Source: Octopus sinensis
Lineage: Eukaryota
Direction: 5' to 3'
Assembly: GCF_006345805.1 (NCBI RefSeq)
Contig: NC_043002.1
Span: 57,164,001 to 57,228,000, forward strand
Length of the DNA stretch: 64,000 nucleotides
The notes under the pieces are model-generated. The model was not told where the DNA came from. It searched no databases and saw only the letters and a list, made by a program, of their open reading frames with translations. A program made the position numbers and the translations under genes. How positions within the stretch are numbered: the first letter of the stretch is position 1; each line of letters opens with the position of its first letter. Shown here in pieces: positions 51,251-63,290 of this stretch.

Positions 51251-51779
51251 ATTATTTCTAAATCTCTCTAAAGGAGACTACGGCAGCAGTACTAGGTATT
51301 AATAGTTATCGCCAAGCTAACATCGCGGTCCAGAAAAATAGGACGAATGCAGCCGTTGATTAGCACCAAGAAGTCGTCGCCTCGAGCTAGCTATGTGACA
51401 AACAAACCTGTGTCCATTACAACCTTCGAACAGGGGAGGTCATCAGCTTCTCCATGCTGGTTCAAGCATCCACAGACTAGTTTCAGGTTATTTGTCCCTT
51501 ATCAATGTGGAGTAGCCGAACGCAGCAGGCGTCGCTGTTGACTGTCTGTTCGAAGGTTTATGTATATTCAGTGGAACACATCCACTGGTTTTCAAAAATA
51601 GAAATACTATTATTTCTAAATCTCTCTAACGAAGACTACGGCAGCAGCACTGGGTATTGATAGCTATCGCCAAGCTAACAAGGCAGTCCAGAAAAATAGA
51701 ACGAATGCAGCCGTTGATTAGCCCCAAGAGGCCATCGCCTCTAGCTACCTATATAACTCACAAACCTGTGTCCATTACA
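51251..51779 (-). mobile_element. Small DR-hairpin/HHR-DR element (retrozyme-like)
   Basis: 171 bp direct repeats at 51251-51421 and 51609-51779 (period 358). A spacer hairpin at 51421-51558 is closed by a perfect 13 bp AACCTTCGAACAG/CTGTTCGAAGGTT pair, with an HHR at its apex. Confidence 0.65.
51470..51510 (-). ncRNA. Minimal type-I hammerhead with a U3/A8 core
   Basis: CCACA-TTGATAA-GGG-ACAAATAA-CCT-GAAAC-TA-GTC-TGTGG. Stem I is a perfect 5 bp, stem III is palindromic (ACTAGT), and the triplet is GUC. Confidence 0.7.
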
Positions 51780-51784
51780 TATAT

Positions 51785-51859
51785 AAGTAATCAATTCTTG
51801 TGACAAGTAATCAATTCTTGTGACAAGTAATCAATTCTTGTCACAAGAATTGATTACTT
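51785..51859. repeat. 20 bp unit x3 followed by an inverted copy
   Basis: (AAGTAATCAATTCTTGTGAC)x2, then AAGTAATCAATTCTTGT-C-ACAAGAATTGATTACTT. Confidence 0.9.
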
Positions 51860-52031
51860 CACAATGTCCATTGAAAAGCTAATTTAAATAGCGAAAACCG
51901 GTTGGATATCACAATATCCATAAAATATGTATATATTTTAAAAAATATCTTTATAAAAGGATACTAAACTATGTGAAACAAAGGCATTTCTCTTTAATTT
52001 TTTATATATGTTTTCCACATATTTTCAGCCT

Positions 52032-52068
<37 letters not shown>

Positions 52069-52379
52069 AATAGATGAGTGTATTTTTCTTTTGTTAACAA
52101 TTAACACGGAAAAAATTGATAAATAGTTACCAGGGTAGCACAAAAATCACACAAGAGGTTGTTACTCCTTGTTTTTAAAGGTAGAAACTTCGGGTTTACG
52201 TGGAATTTTTTGTATAATATATAAATAAATAAATATATGGAGTATAACGCGGGTATAATTCAAATACTTTTACTTCCAACTCATGTTTCGAAGATTTCAC
52301 TGATATTATTCAAAAGAATAAATGGTTAAGGAGTACCTAGAAGAAAATTGGAATGATTTTTTAACTTTTACAACTGTGT

Positions 52380-53721
52380 TAAATTTTGGCCTGGAGTACC
52401 AAGTGGCCTTTGTTGAGGTTTGAACTGTTGCTCTCTCTTCTTCTATCTTTGATTAAAAAAAAAACTTTATTGAACTGTTAATTTTTTTCTCTCTCCTTCT
52501 TTTTGTTTGGACTTTTTTCCTCTTCCTTCTTTTTTCTTTAATTATTTTATATTTTAACAACTGTATTTTTGGACTCTTTTAAAAACATGGCAAATAACAA
52601 TGAAAAGTTGGTGGAGTGGGAAATTACACCACCCATAAAATGATTAAAAGAACTTGAAAGTAAAACGGTGGTTTTGAAAACCTACTCTAGAACCCTCGAC
52701 GCCATTGCCGTTTTCAGAAAGGATATAATCGAAAGAGAGCTGGCAGAATTTAAGCCAGTGATCAAGTTTCTCACACGGGGGTCAAATACGCAACCGTATG
52801 GTTGCTGTTTGACTCCCCAGAAGTGGTCTGTGAATTTGCAAGTCAGCCCCTGGAGGGTAATGAAATTTTGTTTCTTCCCACTTATTGTGGGAAGAGTTTG
52901 ACGAGGGCTTGGGTTTGCGGCTTGCCACCCGGAGTTGAGCCCCAATGGGTAGGAGATACTATCCGCCGGGGTCTGGGTGGCAGTAGCACCAAGCTCCCCA
53001 GCGTAAATGTTCTGCCTACGGTTGACTGGGAGGGGTCAAAAGCTGTTTTTACCCTATGGACCCAGTCAGCTGAAAGTCTGGTATTTCAGACTTTTTGAGA
53101 ATGGCCGGGTCTAAGTATCCGGTGATTCTTGAAGGACGCCCCTCCAAGTGTCATCGGTACTTGAACCCTGGCCATATAAAAAAGAACTGTTCGCAAGTAC
53201 TCCGCAGATAGCTGTGGATGTCATAACGTTACGCCTGTTTATGATGCTGAAGGGACGCCAACTCGGACCCCGCCTTGATTTTAAACGAAGCATGGGCTAT
53301 GACGGAATACACGGACACTAGCGATTATGAGGTTGAAAATTGACAAGAGGTTGAAAATCCCCAGTGTTATAATGTGTAAGAGGCTCAGTGCCTCATTTGT
53401 AAAAGGACTAGTGTTGATTGTATATTGAATATTTCATTGTATATTATTGTATGCTATTGACTATTAAGTTCAATAATTGCAAGAACTATAATAAGATGTT
53501 CAATACCTCGTTGAGGTGAAAAATTGCCAAGAGGTTGAAAAGCCTCACTGTTATAAAGTGTAAGAGGCCCAGTATCTCCTTTGTAAATGGACTAGTGTTG
53601 ATTGTATATTGAATATTTTTTGCATGTTAATATTTGTAATGGACTATTAAGCCCCAAAACTGTAAAAACTGTTGTGAGAGGTTCAATACCTCGCTTTGTT
53701 TATTCTGTTTAAAAAAAAGAA
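52380..53721 (+). mobile_element. Decayed element encoding only a gag/ORF1-like protein with a zinc knuckle
   Basis: ATG at 52587 with an early stop and frameshifts; VCGLPPGV; ILEGRPSK-CHRYLNPGHIKKNC (53149-53190, CX2CX4HX4C with Y at the second C). This is followed by a non-coding tail and an A-run. The 5' boundary is uncertain. Confidence 0.55.
53329..53693 (+). repeat. Diverged tandem duplication, period 184 bp
   Basis: GAGG..GAAAA..CAAGAGGTTGAAAA...GGACTAGTGTTGATTGTATATTGAATATTT...GTTCAATACCTCG occurs twice. Confidence 0.85.
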
Positions 53722-53865
53722 CAATGTTTTCGAGAAGAAAATCAGCGGGCGCTTTTACCTTCTATCATCAAAATCATCCTTATTTCATCATTCACCTCAT
53801 CAATGTATATGTCTAGCCCGCAGTTACTCTTTGTAACGCCTTTATGGCAAATTTTTATGAAATAA

Positions 53866-54021
53866 GGTAGCTTGCTTACCAACCACATGGTTCCGGGCTA
53901 ATTCCCACTGTATGACACCTTGGGCGAGTGTCTTCTACTATAGCCTCGGGTCGACCAAAGCCTTGTGAGTGGATTTGGTAGACGGAAACTGAAAGGAGCC
54001 CGTCGTATATATGTATGTATG

Positions 54022-54107
<86 letters not shown>

Positions 54108-54330
54108 ATGTTTGTGTGTCTGTGTTTGCCCCCCACCAACATCGCTTGACAACTGATGCTGGTGTGTTTACGTCATCATAACTTAGCGGTTCGGCAAAAG
54201 AGACCGATAGAATAAGTACTGGGCTTACAAAGAATAAGTCCTGGGGTCGATTTGCTCGACTAAAGGCGGTGCTCCAGCCTGGCCACAGTCAAATGACTGA
54301 AACAAGTAAAAGAATAAAAGAGTAAAAGAG
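53866..54330 (+). mobile_element. SINE family A
   Basis: Head, (TG)n insert and the complete tail GTCAAATGACTGAAACAAGTAAAAG. Confidence 0.9.
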
Positions 54331-54834
54331 ATACAAACATAAGCACAGCCATGGATGAGATTAAATACATTGAAAACAGTGAGAAAACTTAAGAGGAATC
54401 ATATTTTTTTGAGGTCGGTCCTTATTCTGTTTCAACCATTAAAAAAGAACAAGAACAAGAACACGAATGAATAAATAAAACAAATAAAAATTGTTTGCGT
54501 TGTAAGAATCCCATGTGAAGTTTATTTTGTTCTGCGTTTGTTACAAGATCTTGTTTTTATCAACGAAAATCTACTGAATTCTGAAGAAACTTAAAACAAA
54601 CACTATCCAAATATAGAACCTAAATGTAATATAATACTTTCCAAATGCAACTGAACTTTACAAGAAGTGCAGATTCTCTCAACAGGGATCCTCGCAGAAG
54701 TCTTCATGTCAAGGAAATCTTTAGATTTCTTTCATTTATCCTCTTTTTTTTTTCAATTTTTTTTTATTGTTGTTCTTTCAATGCTTTTCTTATAATGATA
54801 AGCTACTTTACTTCAGAATTTTTCTGGCTGTGTA

Positions 54835-55212
54835 AGGCTGTTGAGCTGGCAGAATCTTTAGTGCGCCGGGCGAAATGTTTAGCAGCATTTCGTTTGCCGC
54901 TACGTTCTGAGTTCGAATTCATCCTTTCAGGGTCGATAAATTAAGTACCAGTTGCATACTGAGGTCAGTCTAATCGACTAGCCCCTTTCCTTCAAAATTT
55001 CGGCCCTTGTGCCTAGAGTAGAAAAGAAACTTTAGCACGCCGGGCGAAATGCTTAGTGGTATATCGTCCGTCTTTACGTTCTGAGTTCGAATTCCGCCGA
55101 GGTCGACTTTACCTTTCATCCTTTCGGGGTCGATAAATTAAGTACCAGTTGCATACTAATCGACTGGCCCTCCTCCTCCAAAATTTCGGGTCTTGTGCCT
55201 AGAGTAGAAAAT
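54835..55212 (+). mobile_element. Two tandem SINE family B copies
   Basis: Units at about 54835-55027 and 55030-55212, both ending TTGTGCCTAGAGTAGAAAA. Confidence 0.85.
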
Positions 55213-58200
55213 AATTCTTCTGGTTATGTGATCACTGCTGACATTTATGTTTTATACATGCAGCAAAAACAATGGTTGCGTGGATACGAAGCTCGCTTTG
55301 CAACCATATGACTTCGGGTTCAGTCCCACTGCATAGCACCTTTGGTAAGTGTCTTCTGCTGCTTCCAACCTACCAATGCTTTATGAGTGAATCTGATTTC
55401 GGTCTGATATGCGGTGAGCGATGCTTCCCACCGAGGAGATGTAATAGACCGAAACATCACGTGATATGAGAATTTCGGCACCCAAGACAGACAAATTTCA
55501 TCTGCTACGATTTATGTGTGTGTTTTTATACATCAAGTGCCTGTATGAGAGGATCTCTCAAGGCTAATAACGCCATATTCGGTGTTCTAAAAAGGCATCC
55601 ATGTTAAGCTGGCTATAAACACACGCACACACACAGACACACACACACGTACATATATAAAGGACCAGCTGCCATTTACAAGTGAATTTGTCACGGTAAA
55701 ATGTACTATGCTTTCACGAATTGTTTAAGGTGCTTGGGTAGTCATGAGCAGACATAGATATTCTCTCGACTCTCCCTACTCTTTGATCCATCGGCACAAC
55801 CAGGATGTGACAGACAGAGAGAGGGAGAGAGAAGGAGAGAGAGAGAGAGAGAGCAGCACCTGATCCCTTTTCTCCAGAATTGCAGGCGGACTGACATCTC
55901 TCCTCATCCCCTTATGCTATAAAACTATAGCATATTATCAGGAGATTGTTTCTTCTGTTTGAGCTCTGAGTTCAAATCGAATCAAAGTTACAAAGTCAAC
56001 ATAACTTTTAGAATTTTCGAGATCGATAAATCAAGTATTAGTCAAATACTTGGGGTGATTTGTCTCTCCCATTCTCTCTCTTTCTCCCCCAGAAACTGCT
56101 CCGCTGCAAGGGCTTCACTGCAAGTTAATTTTCCCGATGTTCTAGTGATATTGAATCTGTGCCTTGAGATTGCAAAGCGGAAACTTAATCCATCATCCAA
56201 CTTCCCTTTTATAATTTAGAAATTTAACTTCTTTCAATTAGGAGAAAAAAAAAAAAAATATTAGTACGAAAGTCCATAAAAAAATGAAAGTAATAAAAGT
56301 CTTTTTGAATTGGAACGATAAACTTTGCACAGACGTTAAAAATAATAAATTTTCACAGAAAATAACTGAATTTCATTAGACCTAATTAAAATAACGATAA
56401 TGTGTCTATTCATTCTCAACATTTCCTAGCCAGCTTGAACGTGAATATCTTATTGTTATTTTCGTCACCAGAGAACATCTCCCTTTAGAAAACTTATATA
56501 TGATATCAAGGAACATTGAGATTCAGCTTCAACTGAGAAGACGCACATTAAGGTCGAAACACTGTCGTGTCTCAAAGTTCCCTAACACTAGTGAATCGAG
56601 TGTGTTATAAACATACATCGTTTATAGGGAGGAGATTTCTATGATGACAAAAAGTAACAGCGATCAGATCATGTTCGAATCTTCCAGAACGTATTCAGAA
56701 AAAATAGATACGTTATTATTGTTTGGATTCTCGATGTTCTGTGTTGCACTTCATGAATGATTAAAATTAAAGTAACAGTTCGTTTAACTAGTGAGCGTTG
56801 CATAGAACGAAGCAAAGATATCTGCGTTTTGAAGACTTGAGAAGATTTAAGTTAGCTCTTTTAGAAAGAAAAAAAGAACATACGTGCCATGAGTGGTGTT
56901 TTGGCGTTTCGTTAAAGGCAGCTATGATAACTGTTGTGTTAGGGAGTGAAAATATATTTCTCAGGCTGCGTGAAGAAGTATCTACCAACACTAGCGAACA
57001 ACTAATAGAAAATTTTATTAGTACGCATAAAGTTTTAGCTGTGTTGGGGTTTACGACAAGTTAACTGATATAGTAATCTGTGGTCGGCTCATCACAACTG
57101 GAAAATAATTGCGCTATATTCATGACTGCGAAAATTCCTGTCAACTATCTGCCTTAATCGGCAGGATGTGATGAAAATGTAAGACGACGTGCAGCTGCTT
57201 CAACATTCTGTATGGCAAGAGGTGATACGTGTGAATGGAGTCGGCCGGTCTCTATACTGTGTGGGCCATCTGGTTAGAGTGGAGGCACATCTTGCTCAGA
57301 TGCTTTCTAACACTCTGCTAAGAGTTAAGGCGCCAAAAGCGGTTTTATACAGGGTACAAAGCGAATATTTTAGAAAATTGAATCATGCATTAGCTTGACG
57401 CTGATTGGCTGCTTAATAGATCGATCACGTTAAACTACTGTAGTTAGGTTGTGATTTCTGACCGGGTATCCAGAGACTCAGTTTCGAATCCTCGCAACAG
57501 CACCTTCTTAAAAAAATGTGCGAAACTTCAGACCGAACAAGAAACCAAGGATTATGAAAAATATTCAAGTTTAGGCCATCACAAAGCTGTTTACAACAAC
57601 AATCATGAAGTTACCAAGGCAACACAGTATTTAAAGAAAGTCTTTACTTAAAGAATGTCCGAGACTTTGCTTGGATATTCAAACTGATTAAGAACAGCAC
57701 TGAGTGATATCCAATCGATACAGCTGGAAGCTGAGGAGAAATCTTATTGGAAAATTATTGCTGTCTTTCATCTCATTTCAGCTTATGGGATGAACATTTG
57801 ATGTCAGGTATCAAATGGTATTAGGACGAAGAATGGCCGTAACAGTTATTGGAATTAATCTTTAAGTACTAATTTTAAGGAAAAAGACGGGAGTGGTTGA
57901 ACGTAATAAGGCGGTATCTGATTCTGTTTGGAATGAAACTCCAGTGTTACTCTTTGACACTGCAGATTTGTCTTTGAATTCAGAAATCCGGTGTCTTGTT
58001 TCTTTCTTTGGATTGAATGCTCGATGTATGTAAGGTAGAGGTTGGAAACGCGCGCACGCACACATGTATTTAGGAAAGGAAAGCCTTCATTTTTCCTGTC
58101 GATGGCTTATATGCTCCTTTATTAGACTATTTTCCTTAGTCATTGCACGGTGATCGCCATAAGCTTTAAGCTTATATAAAAATACCATTATTAATATTTA

Positions 58201-58270
58201 CAGCATTGTAAAAACGGCGCTGTATAAAAAACCATTCGCACCGAAAGCATATATATAATCAAATGAAGCA

Positions 58271-58635
58271 GTTAGCAGGGTTTCATCAAAAAGGAAAACA
58301 ATAATTGTCCTCAAACATATCTGAGGGCGTTAGAACACCTACACTGCTAGGAATAGGAGCTGAAGGGCTCTGTTGCTGCTGTCAACACACATAAATTGTA
58401 TCCATACATGCTGGCAGTGACCGTAAATGGCGAAGAAGTGGCGATCTTGAAATCTCTTTAACATACGGTTTCAGCTTTAGACCGAAAGCCTCAGATTCCG
58501 AACAAACATCGCCACGAGTATATACATCTACTCCATAAAAATTTAAGCATGATTTAGCGAATCGCAAATGTATATACAAATAATTAAATGGGGGAGCTAG
58601 TTAGCAGGGTTTCACCAAAAAGGAAAATAATTGTC
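58271..58635 (-). repeat. Short direct repeats (period ~329) around a hairpin with an HHR relic
   Basis: GTTAGCAGGGTTTCA.CAAAAAGGAAAA..AATTGTC at 58271-58309 and 58600-58635. Inverted repeat GTGGCGAT/ATCGCCAC (58438/58515) surrounds CTGA-GGCTTT-CGGTCT-AAAGCT-GAAAC-C-GTA. Confidence 0.4.
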
Positions 58636-58702
58636 ATCATTACAAAAAATACTTGCTACTGTCGCAATATTTGAAGAAAGGTTTTCTTAAAAATTACCTA
58701 TT

Positions 58703-59115
58703 TAGGTGCAGGAGTGGCTGTGTGGTAAGTAGCTTGCTTACCAACCGCATGGTTTCAGGTTCAGTTCCACTACGTGGTACCTAGAGCATGTATCTTCTAC
58801 TGTAGCCTCGGGTTGACCAAAGCCATGTGAGTAGATTCGGTAGACGGAAACTAAAAGATGCCCTTCATATATATATATAGGTGTGTATATATGTGTGTAT
58901 GTGTTTGTGTGTTTGTTTATGTCTCCCCACCATCGCTTGACAACCGATGTTGGTGTGTTTTCGTCCCCGTAACTTTTGCGGGTCGGCAAAAGAGACCGAT
59001 AGAATAAGTACTAGGCTTACAAAGAATAAGTACTAGGGTCGATTTGTTCGACTAAAGGCGGTACTCCAGCATGGCCGCAGTCAAATGACTGACACATGTA
59101 AAAGAATAAAAGAAT
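58703..59115 (+). mobile_element. SINE family A
   Basis: Complete head, internal microsatellite and tail. Confidence 0.9.
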
Positions 59116-59904
59116 ATTTCTAAGTTATAAAACCGGAATGCTACAAATCTTTTGGAAGAAGGTTTTCGTTTCGTGAGTGTAAGCGCATTCGTTGTCCGAT
59201 TTTTTAGACACACATGTGGGATGGTCCGTTGGGAAGAAATTGTCTCTGGTAATGATGGCCAATATTTCTGGTTTGGTTTCGGAGTTAGAATCTTATAATT
59301 TATTCTGCTTTTGTCTTTCGTTGTTGGTTATTTTGATTCTTTATTTTGGAAATGGAAAATAGTTTAAATTTTCCACTTGCACAACTGTTTAGATCTTCGC
59401 TACATGAAATATTTCTGAGAGAGGAGTGCTGTGTGTGTGTGTGTATGTGTACATGCATGAGTTAGCGTGTGTGTGTGTGTGTGTTTGTGCCTTCGCGCGT
59501 GCATGTGTATGTGCATGCATTTGTTTGCGTGTGCGTGTGTGTGTTTGTGTGTGTAGATGTGTGTGTGTGCATGTGTGTGCGTATGTGCGTGTTTGTGTGC
59601 GCGCGCAGGCACGTGCATATGTTTCCGTGTATGTGTGCGCATGTGTCTTTGTGTTTGTGTGTATCCCCAGACCGCATGACAACAGTTGTTGGTTTGTTTA
59701 TGTCCTCGAAACTTTGCTGTTTGCTCCCCCTCCGCCCCGCCAATATGTACAAGACATAAAAATAAGTACTGGGATCGTTATTTTTGACAATCCTAAAAAA
59801 GGCGGGCGCCAGGATGGCCGTTGTCCAATGACTAAAACGAGAAATAGTTACAATAAAGAAATAAAATATCTGAAGATCAAAAACAGTCCTCAAAACCACT
59901 CACA

Positions 59905-60320
59905 CATGCACCCATATACACGCACACATACACAGACACAGACGCACACACGCACAAATACACACACATATACACACTCACACACTCACAGACACACACA
60001 TACACACACAGAGACACACACACATACACACACACTCACATACGCACACATACGCACACATACACACACAGACATATATTCACATACACACGCGCACACA
60101 CAGACACACATACATACACACCCACAGACACACACTCACACACACATATTCACACATACACACATATACACACACTCACAAACACACTCATAGACATACA
60201 CACATACGCACACACATGCACACATACACACACACGCACACATACAAACACACGCATACATACACACACACGCATACATACACACACACGCATACATACA
60301 CATACATACACACACACATA
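59905..60320. repeat. Degenerate (CA)n-rich tract
   Basis: A mirror-composition (TG)-rich tract lies at 59425-59660. Confidence 0.9.
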
Positions 60321-60547
60321 CAAAAATCATAAAAGAGTTCACTTTATTCTGCCAATTCTTTCTCGAATAACCTGGACAATGATATTTTGAAACGGTAAGT
60401 TTTTTTTTTATCCCTTTTTGAAAATAACGGAATTCAGTTGGAACGGGAATTTCAATGGTTACACCGCCGGTGTACCAGGAATACTTGGAGCTCGTTAAGA
60501 ATTTTCCAGGAAAAAAGAAATTAATTCTGATGTGAAAGTTTTCCTAA

Positions 60548-60765
60548 AGTGGTGATCTGGCAGAATCGTTAGCACTCCGGATAAAATGCTTAGCGGCATA
60601 TTCGGCCGTCTTTAAGTTCAGTGTTCAAGTTCCACCGCAGTCGACTTTGCCTTTCACCCCTTCCGGTTCGATAAATTAAGTACCATTTGCGTACTGGGGT
60701 CGATCTAATCGACTGGCCCCCTCTCCCAAAATTTCGGGCCTTGTGCCTAGAGTAGAAAACAATTA
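60548..60765 (+). mobile_element. SINE family B
   Basis: TGGCAGAATCGTTAGC head and a full body ending TTGTGCCTAGAGTAGAAAA. Confidence 0.85.
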
Positions 60766-60911
60766 TTACTTGTCAAATACTAGGCTTCGTGTAATCGATT
60801 TACCCGTCTTCCCTTAAATTCTAGGCCGCGTCTAATTTAGTCTAATTTAGGCACAAGGAGGCTAATGAAGTCTAATTTAGGCTCAATGCACAATTTTGAG
60901 GGAAGGACTTT

Positions 60912-61599
60912 GACTGGTACTGTATTTGACTGATATTGTATTTGACTGGTATTGTATTTGACTGGTACTGTATTTGATTGGTATTGTATTTGACTGGTAC
61001 TGTATTTGATTGGTATTGTATTTGACTGGTATTATATTTGACTGGTACTGTATTTGACTGGTATTGTATTTGACTGGTACTGTATTTGACTGGTATTGTA
61101 TTTGACTGGCATTGTATTTGACTGGTACTGTATGTGACTGGTACTGTATTTGACTGGTATTGTATTTGACTGGTATTGTACTTGACTGGTACTGTATGTG
61201 ACTGGTATTGTATTTGACTGGTATTGTATTTGACAGGTACTGTATGTGACTGGTACTGTATTTGACTGGTATTGTATTTGACTTGTATTGTATTTGACTG
61301 GTACTGTATGTGACTGGTACTGTATTTGACTGGTATTGTATTTGACTGGTATTGTATTTGACTGGTACTGTATTTGACTAGTACTGTATTTGACTGGTAT
61401 TGTATTTGACTGGTACTGTATTTGACTAGTACTGTATTTGACTGGTATTGTATTTGACAGGTACTGTATTTGGCTGGTATTGTATTTGACTGGTACTGTA
61501 TTTAACTGGTACTGTATTGGACTGGCATTGTATTTGACAGGTACTGTATTTGGCTAGTACTGTATTTGTCTGGTACTGTATTTGACTGGTATTGTATTT
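60912..61599. repeat. 16 bp minisatellite (43 units) expanded inside a minus-strand SINE B
   Basis: Unit GACTGGTA(C/T)TGTATTT, 688 bp in total. It matches the SINE B internal motif ACTGGTACTTATTT, and SINE B sequence resumes at 61600 (TATCGATCTCGGAGGGATAAAAG). Confidence 0.85.
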
Positions 61600-62127
61600 T
61601 TATCGATCTCGGAGGGATAAAAGTCACATGTGACCTCTGCAGGATTTGCTCTCAGAGTATAAAGAGCCGAAAGGAATACCATAAAAAAGCACTTTTTCTG
61701 ATGCTCTAACAATTCTGAAACTCAATACCTTTTTGGCTTTAATAATGAATAAATAACTTCGTTGAAATTATAAAATCAACATTTGTCAATAACGATTCTT
61801 TTGTAATTTTTCTTGTAATCGATTTTGAATATGAATATTTTCTATATTTTTTGGAGTTTAAAAGGTTATTTCGCGGAAACATATTCTGCAGTGAATTATG
61901 CCACTACGAAACAAAGAAAACATTCTTTTTTTGTATGTATTGGGATAATGAAAGAAAAAAAGAAAGAAACCCAAAACACATTTATGATATTCAAGATTTT
62001 CCGATTCCAAGAGGATGTTGCAATTATCCATTTGATATTTTTTCTGAATTGAATCACTTAAATATTTTAATATAAAACAACGAAAATGCAATTATTGGTT
62101 TAATGGAAGTAATGAAAAAAAAAACGC

Positions 62128-62235
<108 letters not shown>

Positions 62236-63029
62236 TCCCCAAAACTGAAATTCTGGCAAGAGAAATAAAATTAAAAAAGAAAAACGGAGACGGAATATGT
62301 GTATCTTGTCCAACCACTGAAATCTGCTGAAAGAATATCTGAATAACTTTCAAGATGTAGAATATTCTCTTGAACCACTTTACTAAACTGATAGCCATCC
62401 AAACCGCTGCATTTCAGCTGAAGACGATGAGAAATATAATTAGATGCGAATTCCATTCAGTATCAACATTGAACAATTGACAGCAAGATTTTGTGTAGGT
62501 TAATAACTTTCAGAAACAATCTTATGGAAAATCAAGATGATGTGGCAGTTATATTTTCAATAAAAATGTCAAAACTATCAGAGTATTCTTCGCTGAATTA
62601 CAGGAAAGTGGGGAGGAAAAACCAGACGCTTGGGGCGAAGTAATGAAAAGTTTCTTTTCCCGCTTGTAACAGCCTGTCTCTGTGAATCGAGGTGGTCAAC
62701 CCTAACAAATACCAAAAGTAGATGAAGAAACTGGTTGTAAAAGGAAAATGATTTAAGATGTAAGCTTAGCAAAGAAATAACGTAAGTTGCAGCCTTAATC
62801 CAAAATGAAGCTTTTGTTTGAAATGTGTCAAAGCAGAGTATATGTAGTTTTATGTGAGGTAGGTGAGCATTACCGTGAAAAAGGGGGTATTTCGGCCGCT
62901 TAGGGGGATTGCATAGAAATTGTAGAGAATAGGACTTTTTAAGGAATTTTATCCAATGGTTTAACGTCTCCTCAAATTCACTGCCTATAGACACATACTC
63001 ACACAGCCACAGACACACAGACACAGACA

Positions 63030-63290
63030 CACACATGCGCGCGGACGTGTAAAGTCATATTTAACACGTTTGAGCGTAAACGGACGGGATATGACCTTTT
63101 CGTGCAGGAAAAGACCCGGGAGAAAATTTTCCATCTGGCAGCCTTGTGTAAAAATACATTCTATTTTGGTCTGTGAGTGACGTCACTGGACGAAGAAGAA
63201 CGACGCAGAACGACGCATGTTTTTCTGTGTCGTTTTGCTTCGTCAGCTACGAAAACCAACTCAGTCGCTCACAGTCCCGTGAGAAAAGAA
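63030..63290. promoter_or_regulatory. CpG-rich island with a palindromic CRE-like site
   Basis: CpG density is locally high, and AGTGACGTCACT at 63177-63188 contains TGACGTCA. No linked gene is visible. Confidence 0.25.

Noticed and set aside
56533-56564. CTGAAGA...GAAAC-ACT-GTC motif
   Set aside because: The core is intact, but stem I is unpaired and helix II is poor. Kept only as a weak entry in the census.
56790-58060. Several 60-90 aa ORFs in unique sequence
   Set aside because: No recognisable domain, consistent frame or termini. Possibly old transposon debris, but it cannot be assigned.
59426-60193. 255 aa ORF
   Set aside because: It is made of TG- and CA-rich microsatellites plus a SINE tail and has no domain-like content.
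60912-61599. CRISPR-like regular array
   Set aside because: The units are contiguous with no unique spacers, there are no cas genes, and the context is eukaryotic. It is a minisatellite.
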